Source of the DNA: an uncultured virus (IMG/VR IMGVR_UViG_3300009183_000053)
Lineage: Duplodnaviria > Heunggongvirae > Uroviricota > Caudoviricetes
IMG/VR virus record: IMGVR_UViG_3300009183_000053
Length of the DNA stretch: 57,431 nucleotides
Reading direction: 5' to 3' (one strand)
Part shown: positions 56,622-57,431 of the stretch, piece after piece
Numbering within the stretch: position 1 is the first letter of the stretch
Layout: each line of letters begins with the position of its first letter
Program-made: the position numbers and the translations under genes
The notes under the pieces: generated by a model
Database searches by the model: none
The model's input: the letters and a program-made list of their open reading frames with translations, nothing else
Told to the model about the DNA's origin: nothing

Positions 56622-57203
56622 CTAGTTATTAAACAAAATCGACTTAGATATATCTATAATATAAATTAGTCTCCTCTTATCAGTCTTATTATATGCACTA
56701 TGCAATTCAGCATTATCAAATGCAAATAAGTCAGACCAATCCTGCTTTATACCATTAACTTCCAGTGCAATATCACCTTGCGGTATAATTAATGGTATAT
56801 GAATTCTTACTGTGTTGCGTGAACGATTCTCAATGTCTACATGACTTTTAATAACACCACCTGATTCTAGTACACTGTAACCACTACAACCAATGTGAGC
56901 AATATACTGTTGTGTTAGTGTTGATGCGGTTGGAAATATGTTGCGTATTCTTGGTTGTAAAAAGAAATTATGTTCAACCTTTTGTTCAGGTAATGCATAA
57001 CGTAGGCCTTCAACCTTCCAATCATTCTTTTCTTTTTCATCCAAAACAGCATGTGGGTTTGATGCAGCATATGATACACCGCCTTTAAATGTGGTGTGAA
57101 AGTCTTTATGATATTCTAAAAATTCATCACGTAATTTTGGTGCCAATTCCATCAATTCATCAGCGATTTTAATTTCATTCCTACACCAAATTGACTGCAT
57201 CAT
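56622..57203 (-). CDS. Aspartyl/asparaginyl beta-hydroxylase-like 2OG-Fe(II) oxygenase
   Basis: YS.L..GG.I..HVD; R.HIPL..P; FDN...HSA.N....RL..I.D. Confidence 0.82.
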   Translation of the reverse strand: MMQSIWCRNEIKIADELMELAPKLRDEFLEYHKDFHTTFKGGVSYAASNPHAVLDEKEKNDWKVEGLRYALPEQKVEHNFFLQPRIRNIFPTASTLTQQYIAHIGCSGYSVLESGGVIKSHVDIENRSRNTVRIHIPLIIPQGDIALEVNGIKQDWSDLFAFDNAELHSAYNKTDKRRLIYIIDISKSILFNN

Positions 57204-57214
57204 ACCTCCATTAA

Positions 57215-57380
57215 GTGGTTGGTTATTCTGTTACGAGGAAACCAACCGAAACCCTAAGCGGCGTTTAGGCTGCTAATGCGAACTGTGAGTCGTTTGCGTT
57301 TACTTTGATTTAGTTTTTACACCTACTCTGGTGAGTTGTCCACTTCTATACTTGTTACCCTGTCGAAACTATGCAGCCCC
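57215..57380 (-). ncRNA. ssrA: tmRNA coding piece (probably two-piece/permuted); tag ANDSQFALAA* at 57297-57265
   Basis: 5' GGGGCTGCATAGTTTCGACAGGG; GCAAACGACTCACAGTTCGCATTAGCAGCCTAA; terminal hairpin GGTTGGTT..AACCAACC; no T-arm/acceptor 3' strand downstream. Confidence 0.88.
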
Positions 57381-57431
57381 ATCAGAAACACACCCCATTA
57401 GAGCCCGTAAAACGGTTTCTTTCATCTAAGA

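Noticed and set aside
57215..57225. AACCAACCA as the CCA end of a one-piece tmRNA or tRNA
   Set aside because: No T-arm and no complement to the GGGGCTG acceptor strand; it is the 3' side of the terminal hairpin

Overview
An AT-rich, gene-dense segment of a T4-like myovirus genome, probably infecting a Gram-negative proteobacterium (inferred from the tmRNA tag ANDSQFALAA and a phage-encoded outer-membrane beta-barrel). Bases 1-26.8 kb (minus strand) are an unusually large cluster of fibre/adhesin genes built from recurring modules: Asn/Ala heptad coiled coils, ~110-aa paralogues, Gly-rich tips, Mtd_N/gp37-like N-termini and an S74-chaperoned fibre. Bases 26.8-47 kb (minus) are the baseplate operon: DUF4815-like protein, gp8, gp7, gp6, gp25, a gp5 split into separate ORFs, gp27-like, gp53 and gp48. 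Bases 47.1-52.9 kb (plus) carry gp4, gp2, a tube-like gene, gp26/gp51 and two paralogous tape-measure-like genes. Bases 53-57.4 kb (minus) carry gp32, a HAD nucleotidase, gp59, gp33, a SleB-like hydrolase, an OMP, a 2OG-Fe(II) hydroxylase and a tmRNA coding piece. The most interesting observations are: (1) an apparent plug-and-socket code in which short terminal peptides predict the N-terminal domain class of the next gene, suggesting a combinatorial branched fibre; (2) a T_TTT_TTC -1 slippery site that would fuse gp26 to gp51, as in lambda G/GT; (3) a three-part gp5 with an HxH tip and no lysozyme; (4) an apparently permuted two-piece tmRNA; (5) structured or repeated leaders. All family assignments come from motif recognition by eye and synteny; no database searches were run.
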